The position numbers and the translations under genes are program-made. Positions 1 through 8,821 of a DNA stretch of 64,000 nucleotides are shown piece by piece. The DNA is taken from NCBI GenBank assembly GCA_965216795.1, contig OZ244196.1, positions 3,231,681-3,295,680 of the forward strand, read 5' to 3'. Origin of the DNA: Pseudomonadales bacterium. GTDB taxonomy: Bacteria; Pseudomonadota; Gammaproteobacteria; Pseudomonadales; UBA7434. The stretch's first letter is position 1. The number at the start of each line of letters is the position of its first letter. Under the pieces are notes generated by a model. The model searched no databases. It saw nothing but the letters and a program-made list of their open reading frames with translations, and was not told the DNA's origin.

Positions 1-416
1 AGGCCGGCGCCGATGATTACCTGACCAAACCCTTTCACAGTGAAGAGTTGCTGGCGCGCGTCAATGCCCTGCTGCGGCGCAGCGCAGGCAAAGCCAGCGC
101 GGTGCTGGGTTTTGGACCGGTGGCGCTGGACACCAGTGCCAAGACACTGGCGATTGACGGGCAGTCCATCAAACTCACCGCCTACGAGTACCGGGTACTC
201 GAGTGCCTGATGTTCAAGGCCGGCGAGGTACTGTCCAAGGCTTACCTGAGCGAGCACATCTACGATGAGGCTTTCGACAACGACTCCAATGTGATGGAAG
301 TGTTTGTCGGCAGGCTGCGCAAGAAGCTGCGGGCGCATTACCCCGGCGAGCTGATTGAGACCGTGCGCGGCCAGGGATACCGCTTCGTGGCGCCGCCTGT
401 GGGCGGTAGCGCATGA
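1..416 (+). CDS. OmpR/PhoB-family response regulator, C-terminal part (5' end upstream of window)
   Basis: The frame is open from nt 3 (..GADDYLTKPFHSEELLARVNALLRR). A winged-helix output domain follows (LTAYEYRVLECL, VMEVFVGRLRKKL, TVRGQGYRF). Stop TGA 414-416 overlaps the ATG of the downstream kinase (ATGA). Confidence 0.9.
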   Translation, partial: AGADDYLTKPFHSEELLARVNALLRRSAGKASAVLGFGPVALDTSAKTLAIDGQSIKLTAYEYRVLECLMFKAGEVLSKAYLSEHIYDEAFDNDSNVMEVFVGRLRKKLRAHYPGELIETVRGQGYRFVAPPVGGSA

Positions 417-1831
417 GTCGGCCAGCCGCTGGCGCGCGGTCGATGCAATCGCGCCTGCTGCGGGTTTCCCTGCCGTTGGTCATGCTGGTGCTCTGCGTGG
501 CAGCACTGTTGTTCGAACGCAGTTATCGACTGACATTGCAGCAGGCCGAATTCGAGACCTTGCAGCTGCAGCTATGGTCGCTGATGGCCGATGCCGACAT
601 TGAAGCCCAGCAGCTGCGCATGCCCGCAGCACTGCAGGAGCCTGGCTTTACGCGGCCCGGCTCAAGCCTGTTTGGTTTTGTGCTCGATGCTTCGGGGCGC
701 CAGCTGTGGCGTTCGCCATCGCTCGAACTGGTGGGCTTCGCACCCGAGGGGCTGGACGCCGAGCTGGTTGCGGTGCGGGCCGGGCAGGTTGAGCAGCGGC
801 GCCTGGCTAACGGCTACTTTATGTTGCGCCAGGGCGTGAGTTACATCATCGACAGCGACGTGGCCAATGAGCAGTCGAAGCTGCTGACCTTTGTCGCGAT
901 CGAGCTTGGCCAGGATTACGCGACGCAGATTGCGAACTGGCGCCAGAACCTCTTTATTGCCCTGGTGATTTTGCTGGCGGTACTTTTGGCCGCGCAGTAC
1001 TTCGTCGTGACCTGGGGTCTTTCGCCACTGGGACAGCTCGCCGGCGAGATTCGCGCGATAGAGCAGGGGAGTGCAACGCGCATAGAGGGCGACTACCCGG
1101 TGGAGCTACACGGGGTCGCAGACAATATCAATTTGTTGCTCGCAACCCAGGTTGCCCAGCAGTCGCGCTATCGCAATACGCTGGCAGATGTCTCTCACAG
1201 CCTGAAAACGCCGCTCGCCGTGTTGGCCAGCTCGCTGGAGAGCGAGGCGGCGCGATCGCTGGGCGATGAGGCGCGCCGCAGCTGGCAGCAGCAGATCGAT
1301 GCGATGAGCCAGATTATTTCCCAGCAGCTAAAACGCGCGAGCCTGCGGCCGGTTGAAACCGAAGTCGGTATAGCGGCGTCGGGTGGGCTGGGCCAGGCTG
1401 GCGTCGATGCCCAAGCGGCAATCGCGCGCCTGGTCAATGCCATGGCCATCGTCTATCGCGACAAGCCCGTTGCCTGCGAACAGTCACTGGCGGAGGTTGC
1501 ATTGCGTGTTGACGAAGCCGACCTGCTCGAGCTGCTTGGTGGTTTACTCGACAATGCCTGGAAGTATTGCGAGTCGAAGGTGCGCATTGGCCTGCAGCCT
1601 GCAGCGGCGGGCGGTCGTGCGCTCATAACCATCGAAGATGACGGTGCGGGTATTCCCGCGGCGATGCGTGACCAGGTCCTGCAGCGTGGTGTGCGGCTGG
1701 ACCAGGCGGTGGCAGGGCAGGGCATCGGACTTGCCGTGTCGCAGGATATCGTCGATGCCTACGCAGGCAGCCTCGAGATTGGCGAGTCCTCGCTTGGTGG
1801 TGCCCGCCTGAGCGTTGCGCTGCCCGCCTAG
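413..1831 (+). CDS. Sensor histidine kinase (two TM segments, periplasmic domain, HAMP, HisKA, HATPase_c)
   Basis: H-box LADVSHSLKTPLAVL, N-box LLDNAWKY and G-boxes EDDGAGIP / GQGIGLAV. Hydrophobic segments lie near aa 17-35 and 185-205. Translationally coupled to the upstream regulator. Confidence 0.9.
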   Translation: MSRPAAGARSMQSRLLRVSLPLVMLVLCVAALLFERSYRLTLQQAEFETLQLQLWSLMADADIEAQQLRMPAALQEPGFTRPGSSLFGFVLDASGRQLWRSPSLELVGFAPEGLDAELVAVRAGQVEQRRLANGYFMLRQGVSYIIDSDVANEQSKLLTFVAIELGQDYATQIANWRQNLFIALVILLAVLLAAQYFVVTWGLSPLGQLAGEIRAIEQGSATRIEGDYPVELHGVADNINLLLATQVAQQSRYRNTLADVSHSLKTPLAVLASSLESEAARSLGDEARRSWQQQIDAMSQIISQQLKRASLRPVETEVGIAASGGLGQAGVDAQAAIARLVNAMAIVYRDKPVACEQSLAEVALRVDEADLLELLGGLLDNAWKYCESKVRIGLQPAAAGGRALITIEDDGAGIPAAMRDQVLQRGVRLDQAVAGQGIGLAVSQDIVDAYAGSLEIGESSLGGARLSVALPA

Positions 1832-1840
1832 CGGCGCCGC

Positions 1841-2995
1841 TTACTGGCGTTTTTCAGCCTCTTTGCGGGCATCGGCGACCTTGATCACTTCGCACTGGGG
1901 TTGTTCCAGCTCACCGGTCGACAATAAAAACCGCCAGTAGAGATTGCCTACCATATGGCCCTCGGTGTCAATCCAGTTGGCGACGCCGGGATCCTCATGT
2001 GCAACAAAAAACGTGAAGCTGCCATCACTGTTGAGCTGCATCTGCTTGCGATTGAGCGAGGCATTGCGGTAGCGGTAGTCGACACTTTGCAGGTAACGGT
2101 TCCAGAAGCAGACGTTGGCGTACACACAGTCGGGCCAGCGACTGGTGACCATCAGTGCCTCATCGGGCTGTAACATCACCAGGCAGGCGCAATAGGCGTT
2201 GTCGATCGCACCCCCGCCGCCACCTTCGCTGGGTACCCAGCGTTCGGGTTTCGGCAGGCTGTTGGGCGTCATCGAAAACCAGGAGATGGGCGGTGCCTCA
2301 CCGGGCAGTGGCCTATCGAGCGTCTGGCCGCTGATAAATCGACGCGCCGCGGCCAGCTTGTCAGCCAGAGCCTGCGGTTTAATCGGGCGGGGGTAGCCAG
2401 GTTCGTCCAGGCATTCGATCTGGATCTCGCACTGCAGGAATGGGTCGGCCAGCGCTGTGCGTTCTTCTTCAAAGTAGTGGCGCGCCACAACACAGGCCGG
2501 TTGTCCGGCTTCGGTGTGCAAAGCGCCAGGCGTTGCCTCGCGTTCAATCAGGATCTCGAAGTTGCCCTGCGCATCGCGTTCAAATTCGGTGTGATTGAGC
2601 GCGCTGATCACGCCGTCATTCCAGTCGCCTTCCTCTTTGCCGGTATACACGGTAAAGCTGATATAGACCTCTTTGTGCATACGCCCCCAAATGCGGTAGC
2701 GGCGCTGGTTGTCCAGCGGTGCGCAGAACGTCGGGTTGTCGGGCCCTTCACCGCCCCACTTGAGGACGCTGCTGGCCAGCGGTGCGAAGCGCGGTCGGCT
2801 GGCATCGTTATCGACCCAGACATCGATACCCGCCTTGACCAGGTGCAGCAGCATGTGCTGCCCCTCGGCGATGTCATCGGGCTCGGTGACGAAGCGCTGC
2901 TCGCTGAGGAAGTCGCGATCTACCTGCGCGATGAAGTCGAGCCAATCGGGCAGGCTTTGCCGGGTCTCGCTGTTGGGTGTATCCGTTTGCGACAT
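1841..2995 (-). CDS. Conserved hypothetical protein, DUF1214-like (paralog A)
   Basis: 384-aa ORF with no signal peptide. Its C-terminal block DEALMVTSRWPDCVYANVCFWNRY..SLNRKQ..DGSF..AHEDPGVANWIDTEGH..YWRF is shared with ORF 6272..7381. The family name is from memory of DUF1214 proteins and is not verified. Confidence 0.7.
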   Translation of the reverse strand: MSQTDTPNSETRQSLPDWLDFIAQVDRDFLSEQRFVTEPDDIAEGQHMLLHLVKAGIDVWVDNDASRPRFAPLASSVLKWGGEGPDNPTFCAPLDNQRRYRIWGRMHKEVYISFTVYTGKEEGDWNDGVISALNHTEFERDAQGNFEILIEREATPGALHTEAGQPACVVARHYFEEERTALADPFLQCEIQIECLDEPGYPRPIKPQALADKLAAARRFISGQTLDRPLPGEAPPISWFSMTPNSLPKPERWVPSEGGGGGAIDNAYCACLVMLQPDEALMVTSRWPDCVYANVCFWNRYLQSVDYRYRNASLNRKQMQLNSDGSFTFFVAHEDPGVANWIDTEGHMVGNLYWRFLLSTGELEQPQCEVIKVADARKEAEKRQ

Positions 2996-3241
2996 GGTGG
3001 GGCTCCAGGCTGTAGCGGGTGAAAACGTGAACGGTTGATACGGCCTCGATTGTATGCACCGCGCGGGTGAATAACGCTGACCGTTTTATTCATTCTTGGA
3101 CCGGCACTTTCGTTCGATGGCGCAATCATTAACCAGTGATAATGTGCTGGCCGGGCGGGCGGGGTAGAATGCCAGCCCGCGGTTTTGCCCGGCCTGCCGC
3201 GCCCATGCAATCCATTCACCAACTTCACAGTGTAAAGAGCG

Positions 3242-4879
3242 ATGAGCAAAACGTTTAACCTGGCTGATTTGTTTGAAATGGTCGTCGATTCGGTACCCGC
3301 TGATCGCCAGGCCCTGATTTGTGGCGAGAAAAAAGTCACCTACCCCCAGCTCGAGGCGCGCGCCAACCAGATGGCGCATTACCTGGCTGAGCGTGGCGTC
3401 AAGGCGGGCGATCACGTTGGCCTGTATATGTACAACTGCAATGAGTACCTCGAGGCGATGTGGGCCTGCTTCAAGATTCGCGCAGTGCCGATTAATGTGA
3501 ACTACCGCTACGTGAAAGATGAGTTGCTGTATATCTTCGACAACGCCGATATGGTCGCCGTCGTGCATGGACGCGAATTCGTGCCGACAATTGACGAGAT
3601 CAAGTCGGCCGCGAAAGACGTGCATACCTATATTGCGGTCGATGATCATACCACTGAGGATCTGTCGATTATTGGTGCGGTTGAGTATGAAACGGTAATG
3701 GCATCGCAGTCGAGTGAGCGCGATTTTGCCGATCGCTCAGAGGACGATTTATTTATTCTTTACACCGGTGGCACGACCGGTATGCCCAAGGGCGTCATGT
3801 GGCCGCATAAAGCACTGTTTTATGCAGCGATGAATGGCGCCGGGCACTTCCACCCGGATGGCCCCTGCAAAGTGCCTGAAGATATCATTGTGCGCGCCAA
3901 AGAGAACTTTGAAGTGCGGACGATGGCGCTGGCACCGCTGATGCACGGCGCCTGCTGGTGGCAGGCCTGCATCAGCTGCCTGGCTGGCCACACTGTCACG
4001 CTAAATCCGGGTCGATCACTGGTCGGCGAGGAAGTTTGGGATATTGTCGAGCGCGAGAAGATCAATTCGATCTCGTTCGTGGGCGATGCCATGGGCATGC
4101 CGCTGATGGACGCGCTCAAGGCCAACCCCGATCGCTGGGACCTCAGCTCGGTGTTCAGTGTAGGCTCCGGAGGCGCAGTGTTTTCCGAGTCGTTGCAAAA
4201 CGATTTTCGTGCACGCTTTGACGGCATCATGATCACCAACAGTTTCGGTTCCTCCGAGACCGGGCAGATGGGACAGGATAGCGGCAAGGGCTCTGACGGC
4301 CTCGGCGCCGTTATCCAGAGCGACTTTATGGATGTCATCGCGGAAGACGACGATGGCGGCCATCATTTCGTGAAGCCAGGCTCGGACGAGATGGGCATTT
4401 TTGCGCGTTCAGGACATATACCACTGGGCTACTACGGTGACCCGGTGAAAACCGCGAAGTCGTTTATCGAGCTCGACGGCAAGCGCTGGATGCTGACCGG
4501 TGACATGGCAAAAATGGACGCCGAAGGCATCATTACCGTATATGGCCGTGGCTCCAACTGCATTAACAGTGGTGGCGAGAAGATCTTCCCTGAAGAGGTC
4601 GAACAGGCGATCAAGTCTCACCCGTCGGTGTTCGACACGCTGGTGGTTGCAACGCCCGACGAGCGCTTCACCGAGAAGGTCACAGCGGTTGTGCAGCTGC
4701 GCGATGGCGAGCAGCTGTCGCTGGATGACCTGCAGTCTCACTGCCGCAAGCATATTTCAGGCTACAAAATTCCTCGCGCCTTGCACCTGACGGGCGAGAT
4801 TGGCCGTGCGCCCAGTGGCAAACCCAACTACCAGTGGGCCAAGGATGTCGCGCTGAGCGGCAAGTACGCTGCCTCCTGA
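3242..4879 (+). CDS. Acyl-CoA synthetase / AMP-dependent ligase (FadD-like)
   Basis: AMP-binding motif ILYTGGTTGMPKGVMW, plus INVNYRY, TGDMAKMDAEG and a C-terminal GKIPR-type lysine region (SGYKIPR). 545 aa, typical length. Confidence 0.9.
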   Translation: MSKTFNLADLFEMVVDSVPADRQALICGEKKVTYPQLEARANQMAHYLAERGVKAGDHVGLYMYNCNEYLEAMWACFKIRAVPINVNYRYVKDELLYIFDNADMVAVVHGREFVPTIDEIKSAAKDVHTYIAVDDHTTEDLSIIGAVEYETVMASQSSERDFADRSEDDLFILYTGGTTGMPKGVMWPHKALFYAAMNGAGHFHPDGPCKVPEDIIVRAKENFEVRTMALAPLMHGACWWQACISCLAGHTVTLNPGRSLVGEEVWDIVEREKINSISFVGDAMGMPLMDALKANPDRWDLSSVFSVGSGGAVFSESLQNDFRARFDGIMITNSFGSSETGQMGQDSGKGSDGLGAVIQSDFMDVIAEDDDGGHHFVKPGSDEMGIFARSGHIPLGYYGDPVKTAKSFIELDGKRWMLTGDMAKMDAEGIITVYGRGSNCINSGGEKIFPEEVEQAIKSHPSVFDTLVVATPDERFTEKVTAVVQLRDGEQLSLDDLQSHCRKHISGYKIPRALHLTGEIGRAPSGKPNYQWAKDVALSGKYAAS

Positions 4880-4912
4880 GTCGGCATTAACCTGTTTGTG
4901 AGACGCTAAACT

Positions 4913-5665
4913 ATGAAACGATTTGAAGGCAAGGTGGCCCTGGTGACAGGCGCCGCCTCAGGCATGGGGCGCGCAACCTGCGTGCGCCTGGCCGATGAGG
5001 GCGCATCGATCTACGCGGTGGATGTCAATGAAGAGGGTCTGGCCTCGCTGGCAGAGGAGTTGCGGGCGAACGGCACTGAGGTCGAAACCCGGATCTGTAA
5101 CGTCGCCGACCACGAGCAGTGCCATGCCACGGTGGCAGCAGCAGTCGAGCGCTTCGGCAGGCTGGATACGCTCGCCAACGTAGCGGGCATCGTGCGCTTT
5201 AATCACACCACCGAGCTGTCGCCTGAGGAGTGGAACCTGGTACTGGCCATTAATCTCTCTGGCCCCTTGTACCTCTCGCAGGCGGCCATTCCCCACCTGA
5301 TTGAAAACAACGGCAGTATCGTCAATGTCTGCTCCAACGCGGGGCTGATGGGGCAGGCCTTTACCGCCGCATACTGCGCAAGCAAGGGTGGCCTGGTACA
5401 GCTGACGCGCTCGATGGCGATGGAGTATATGAAGCAGAGTGTACGCATCAACGCGGTCTGCCCGGCAGGTACCGATACGGCGATGAACGTGGGGATCAAC
5501 TTCCCCGAGGGCATCGATTTTGATTTGATCGAGCGCTACACCGGCAAGCGCGGTTTTGCCGATCCATCGGATTTGGCCTCGGCGATTGCCTACCTGGCGT
5601 CTGATGAGGCGCGCACGGTGCATGGCTCGATCTTCTGCGTCGATAACGGCATGATGGCAGGTTAA
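4913..5665 (+). CDS. Short-chain dehydrogenase/reductase (SDR)
   Basis: Rossmann motif TGAASGMGRA, NVAG, and catalytic YCASKGG (YxxxK). 250 aa. Confidence 0.92.
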   Translation: MKRFEGKVALVTGAASGMGRATCVRLADEGASIYAVDVNEEGLASLAEELRANGTEVETRICNVADHEQCHATVAAAVERFGRLDTLANVAGIVRFNHTTELSPEEWNLVLAINLSGPLYLSQAAIPHLIENNGSIVNVCSNAGLMGQAFTAAYCASKGGLVQLTRSMAMEYMKQSVRINAVCPAGTDTAMNVGINFPEGIDFDLIERYTGKRGFADPSDLASAIAYLASDEARTVHGSIFCVDNGMMAG

Positions 5666-5673
5666 GCAGCTCG

Positions 5674-6099
5674 ATGGCACGGACGGTTATCGAGTTTCCT
5701 GAACGATCACACTTCTCAACCGACTACACGGTTCTCATTGGTGATATCAACAGCGCCGATCATCTCGGCGCTGATCGCCTTTTTTCCATTCTTATTGAAG
5801 CGCAAATGCGTTTTATCGCCTGGCTGGGTTACCCGAATCGACATCTTATTGCCGGTGTGGGGTATATCGTCGCCGATACGGAGTTTGTGTTTCGCGCTGA
5901 ATCAAAGCATGGTGACAAATTGTCGATTGACGTCGCAGTGGCCAACTTCAGCAATAAAGGCTTTGAGCTTTTGTACCGCTTTCACAATGAAACACAGGGG
6001 CAGCTTGCGGCATTGGCCAAGACGGGTGTGGTGTTTATCGATCTTGAGACTGGTGTGACGCAGCCTGTGCCTGAGGAATTTCGCGCCCGGTTCTGCTGA
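5674..6099 (+). CDS. Hotdog-fold acyl-CoA thioesterase (4HBT-like)
   Basis: 141 aa, 8 nt downstream of the SDR. The size and pattern fit 4HBT/YbgC-type thioesterases (DINSADHLGADRLFSILIEAQMRF.., VVFIDLETG). Assignment is by similarity of overall pattern only. Confidence 0.7.
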   Translation: MARTVIEFPERSHFSTDYTVLIGDINSADHLGADRLFSILIEAQMRFIAWLGYPNRHLIAGVGYIVADTEFVFRAESKHGDKLSIDVAVANFSNKGFELLYRFHNETQGQLAALAKTGVVFIDLETGVTQPVPEEFRARFC

Positions 6100-6131
6100 T
6101 AGCGCGGTGTCGTCTGTGGCACTTCCGTAGC

Positions 6132-6236
6132 CCTGTGCCTGCATTCGCACGCAGGGAAACGCCATCAATACGTCCTGTAGGCTCAGCGCCCGCGTCCATG
6201 CGGGCGATGTTCCCTGCGTGCGACTGCAGGCGCAGG
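6132..6236. repeat. REP/MITE-like nested palindromic element (family copy 1)
   Basis: 27-nt arms CCTGTGCCTGCATTCGCACGCAGGGAA (6132-6158) and TTCCCTGCGTGCGACTGCAGGCGCAGG (6210-6236) are complementary at 25/27 positions. The inner hairpin is CGCCCGC-GTCCAT-GCGGGCG. The core ..TCCATGCGGGCGATGTTCCC resembles the elements at 19956-20264. Intergenic, between convergent genes. Confidence 0.7.
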
Positions 6237-6271
6237 ACTTCGAGATTGCTCTGCGCTGCTAGATGCTAAAG

Positions 6272-7381
6272 CTAAAGATCGGCGAATTTGACGACCTTGC
6301 CCTGTGGGGTTTCGATATCGCCGCTGGCGAGCATGAAGCGCCAGAACACCAGGCCGAGGTTGCGGCCCTCGGTATCGATCCAGTTCTTGCAGCCCGGGTC
6401 TTCGTGGGCCAATACCATACGGAAGCTGCCATCTGCCTCGAGTTCGGTCTGGGCGCGGTTCAGTGAGATCTGGCGGTTGCGGTAGTCAAAGGTTTGCTGG
6501 AAGCGGTTCCACAGGCAGACGTTGCCAAAGCAGCACTCTGGCCAGCGCCCGGTCATCACCAGGGCCTCGTCATCGGCCAGGTAATAGGGCGCCATGGAGT
6601 AGTGGGCGTCGGCGGCCGACAGGCCCAGGTCGGCAGGCAGTACCGGCGTGGGGAATTCGTTGGGTGTAAGGCCGACGAAGGCGGGTTGCTTCGCCTGGGC
6701 CATCGGTGGCATGCCCAGCGTGCGGGTGCGAACAAACTGTGCGGCGCGGCGGATGCCAGCGGCAACCGAGGCATCAGTGTAGGTGGCGGCGCGCTCGGTC
6801 ACGCCCAGGGCCTCGATGGTCATGACCGGTTCGCGCTCGGGGTCGGCGGCGATACAGGTGGTCTCTTCGAAGTAGTGACGCGTGGTGATGGCCGAGGCAT
6901 TCTCGGTCAGGCCGATCCAGTTGCGATCGCGCGGCGCTCCGCCCACGTGGAGTTCGAAATTGCCGTCGGCGTCAATATCAAACTCGGTGCTGTTGAGTAC
7001 GCCGGCGGTGTTGCTGCCCAGACTGCCATCGTCGGTGCCCTCCTCAATGGTGATTGACATGTAGACGGCGCCCGACATCTGCCCGCGAACAATGTATTCA
7101 TGGGCGTTGCTGACGTGGGCGTCGAAGTAGATGGCATCGCCGTTATCGCCGGTAAACTTCCGCGTTGGACTGACGATGCGGCGAAAGTGCGGGTGCGAGG
7201 CATCGGCTTCAAAGTGGGAGTGCAATCCGCCCTCTAGCATGTGCATCAGTGCGCGATGTGCACCGTAGACATCTTCTTCGCCACTGATATTCCACTCATC
7301 GTTGGCCCAGCGCTCATCGATTTCCTGCAGCATCGCAATCAGTTCGTGCAGGGCTTTGCGAGATTCGGTATTTGCCGCCAT
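6272..7381 (-). CDS. Conserved hypothetical protein, DUF1214-like (paralog B)
   Basis: 369 aa. The C-terminal block DEALVMTGRWPECCFGNVCLWNRF..SLNRAQ..DGSF..AHEDPGCKNWIDTEGR..FWRF is paralogous to 1841..2995. It lies 24 nt downstream of the sulfotransferase gene. Confidence 0.7.
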   Translation of the reverse strand: MAANTESRKALHELIAMLQEIDERWANDEWNISGEEDVYGAHRALMHMLEGGLHSHFEADASHPHFRRIVSPTRKFTGDNGDAIYFDAHVSNAHEYIVRGQMSGAVYMSITIEEGTDDGSLGSNTAGVLNSTEFDIDADGNFELHVGGAPRDRNWIGLTENASAITTRHYFEETTCIAADPEREPVMTIEALGVTERAATYTDASVAAGIRRAAQFVRTRTLGMPPMAQAKQPAFVGLTPNEFPTPVLPADLGLSAADAHYSMAPYYLADDEALVMTGRWPECCFGNVCLWNRFQQTFDYRNRQISLNRAQTELEADGSFRMVLAHEDPGCKNWIDTEGRNLGLVFWRFMLASGDIETPQGKVVKFADL

Positions 7382-7405
7382 TGGTCTTTGCTCCGTCAGT
7401 CGTCG

Positions 7406-8737
7406 TTATTTCTGGTGGGCGCTTTTGGTCTCGTAGGGGATGTCGAAGCGCTCGCGGTAGTAGGCAAGCTGCTGGTCGATCCGGTCCTTGTCGAGGCCAA
7501 AGCTGGCCAGGTCGTATTTGTGCGCGCCGTGCTTGTGCTGGGCGTTGCTGTCCAGCCAGGCCTGCATGGCCTGTTTCGCCGTATCGTCAAATTCCATATC
7601 CATGAGGGCGTAGATGCCGCCAATGGCCGCCTGCCAGTCGCGATGGATATCGGCATAGAGAATGTCGTGCTGCTGCGAGGCGGCGATCTGCTGGTCGCGG
7701 ATCGCCAGCGTTTTTTGCATCATGCGATCGATCTTGTTCAGCCACTCATTGCCGATGTAGTGAGGATCGACGGTATCGGTGTCACGCGTCATCGAGGTGA
7801 ATGCCATTGAGCAGGAGGAGCCGACGACTTTGATCGGGTCACGGTGCGAACAGATAATTCTTGCGCCGGGGAAGACGCGCATCAGCGCGTCGAGATCCTG
7901 CATGTGCTGCGGGCTTTTCAACACCCAGGGTTTGTCATGGGGGTCATCGCGGAACCAGCTGATGATTTTCATCAGCGTGACCATGTACTCGTAGGCATCG
8001 TCCTGGTCGTGGGTCATTAACCACTCGGCGAAACTCGGCATATGGGCCTGGATCTCGAATAGCTGGCTGGCAATGCCATGTTGAATCAAGCCGACTTCTT
8101 CTTCAATTTCGTGTGCACCCAGCGGGTGGACGGTGGCGATTTGCGGGCTCATCCACAGCACGGCCTTGAGACCCTGTTCAATGGCCGTGATACGCGGGTC
8201 TATACCCTGGGCCCGGCCTTCTTTTATCGCGATACTCTCGGGGTAGGGGACGGGGTTGACCGACTCCCAGGCCTTGAGATGCAGGAAGCGCCGGTCGCAG
8301 GCCAGTAGCCGGTGCAGGCGGGTCGTTCCCGAGCGCGCCAGGCCGACAACGACGACGGGCGCGGGGATCTCGCGCTCGAGTATTTCGGGGTGTCGATCCA
8401 GCAGGTCGGCTGCATATAGCCGATGTTTGAGTATGCGCACCAGCGACTGGCGCGCCAGCAGGCGCCCCAGTGGGTTCAGGTTGGCTTCGGTCTGGTAGGC
8501 GTTGAGCAATACCCGAAGCGGCTGCAGGAAGCGGTCATCGCCAAAGGCATGCAAGCCGGTTTGCTTGCGTGCCGAGGCAATAAGCGTGTTTTCATCGAGT
8601 TTGAACTCGCCGATACCCAGCCGCTGGATACCGCTTGCGATGCGGTTGAATGCGCGCATGGGGGTGCGGTGGTACTCGGTAGCGGCGGGCAGGGTTGCAC
8701 CGTGTGGACTCATGCTTTGGCTCCCTGTTAACGACAC
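7406..8737 (-). CDS. Sulfotransferase family protein (PAPS-dependent)
   Basis: 5'-PSB-like loop VVGLARSGTTRLHRLL and 3'-PB-like motif SHRDPIKVVGSS. 443 aa, cytoplasmic. Confidence 0.8.
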   Translation of the reverse strand: MSLTGSQSMSPHGATLPAATEYHRTPMRAFNRIASGIQRLGIGEFKLDENTLIASARKQTGLHAFGDDRFLQPLRVLLNAYQTEANLNPLGRLLARQSLVRILKHRLYAADLLDRHPEILEREIPAPVVVVGLARSGTTRLHRLLACDRRFLHLKAWESVNPVPYPESIAIKEGRAQGIDPRITAIEQGLKAVLWMSPQIATVHPLGAHEIEEEVGLIQHGIASQLFEIQAHMPSFAEWLMTHDQDDAYEYMVTLMKIISWFRDDPHDKPWVLKSPQHMQDLDALMRVFPGARIICSHRDPIKVVGSSCSMAFTSMTRDTDTVDPHYIGNEWLNKIDRMMQKTLAIRDQQIAASQQHDILYADIHRDWQAAIGGIYALMDMEFDDTAKQAMQAWLDSNAQHKHGAHKYDLASFGLDKDRIDQQLAYYRERFDIPYETKSAHQK

Positions 8738-8821
8738 GTGCGTGCAGGTCTCGCTGGAATGCGACCTGCGGTAGCGTCTTCGGCGAAGCCTATTAAACTA
8801 CAGACAGGCCGCTTTTTTGCA

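Noticed and set aside
1830-1841. 12-bp perfect palindrome AGCGGCGCCGCT bridging the stops of the convergent kinase and DUF1214-like genes, considered as a possible terminator.
   Set aside because: There are no loop nucleotides and no T-tract, so it cannot form a stable intrinsic terminator hairpin.
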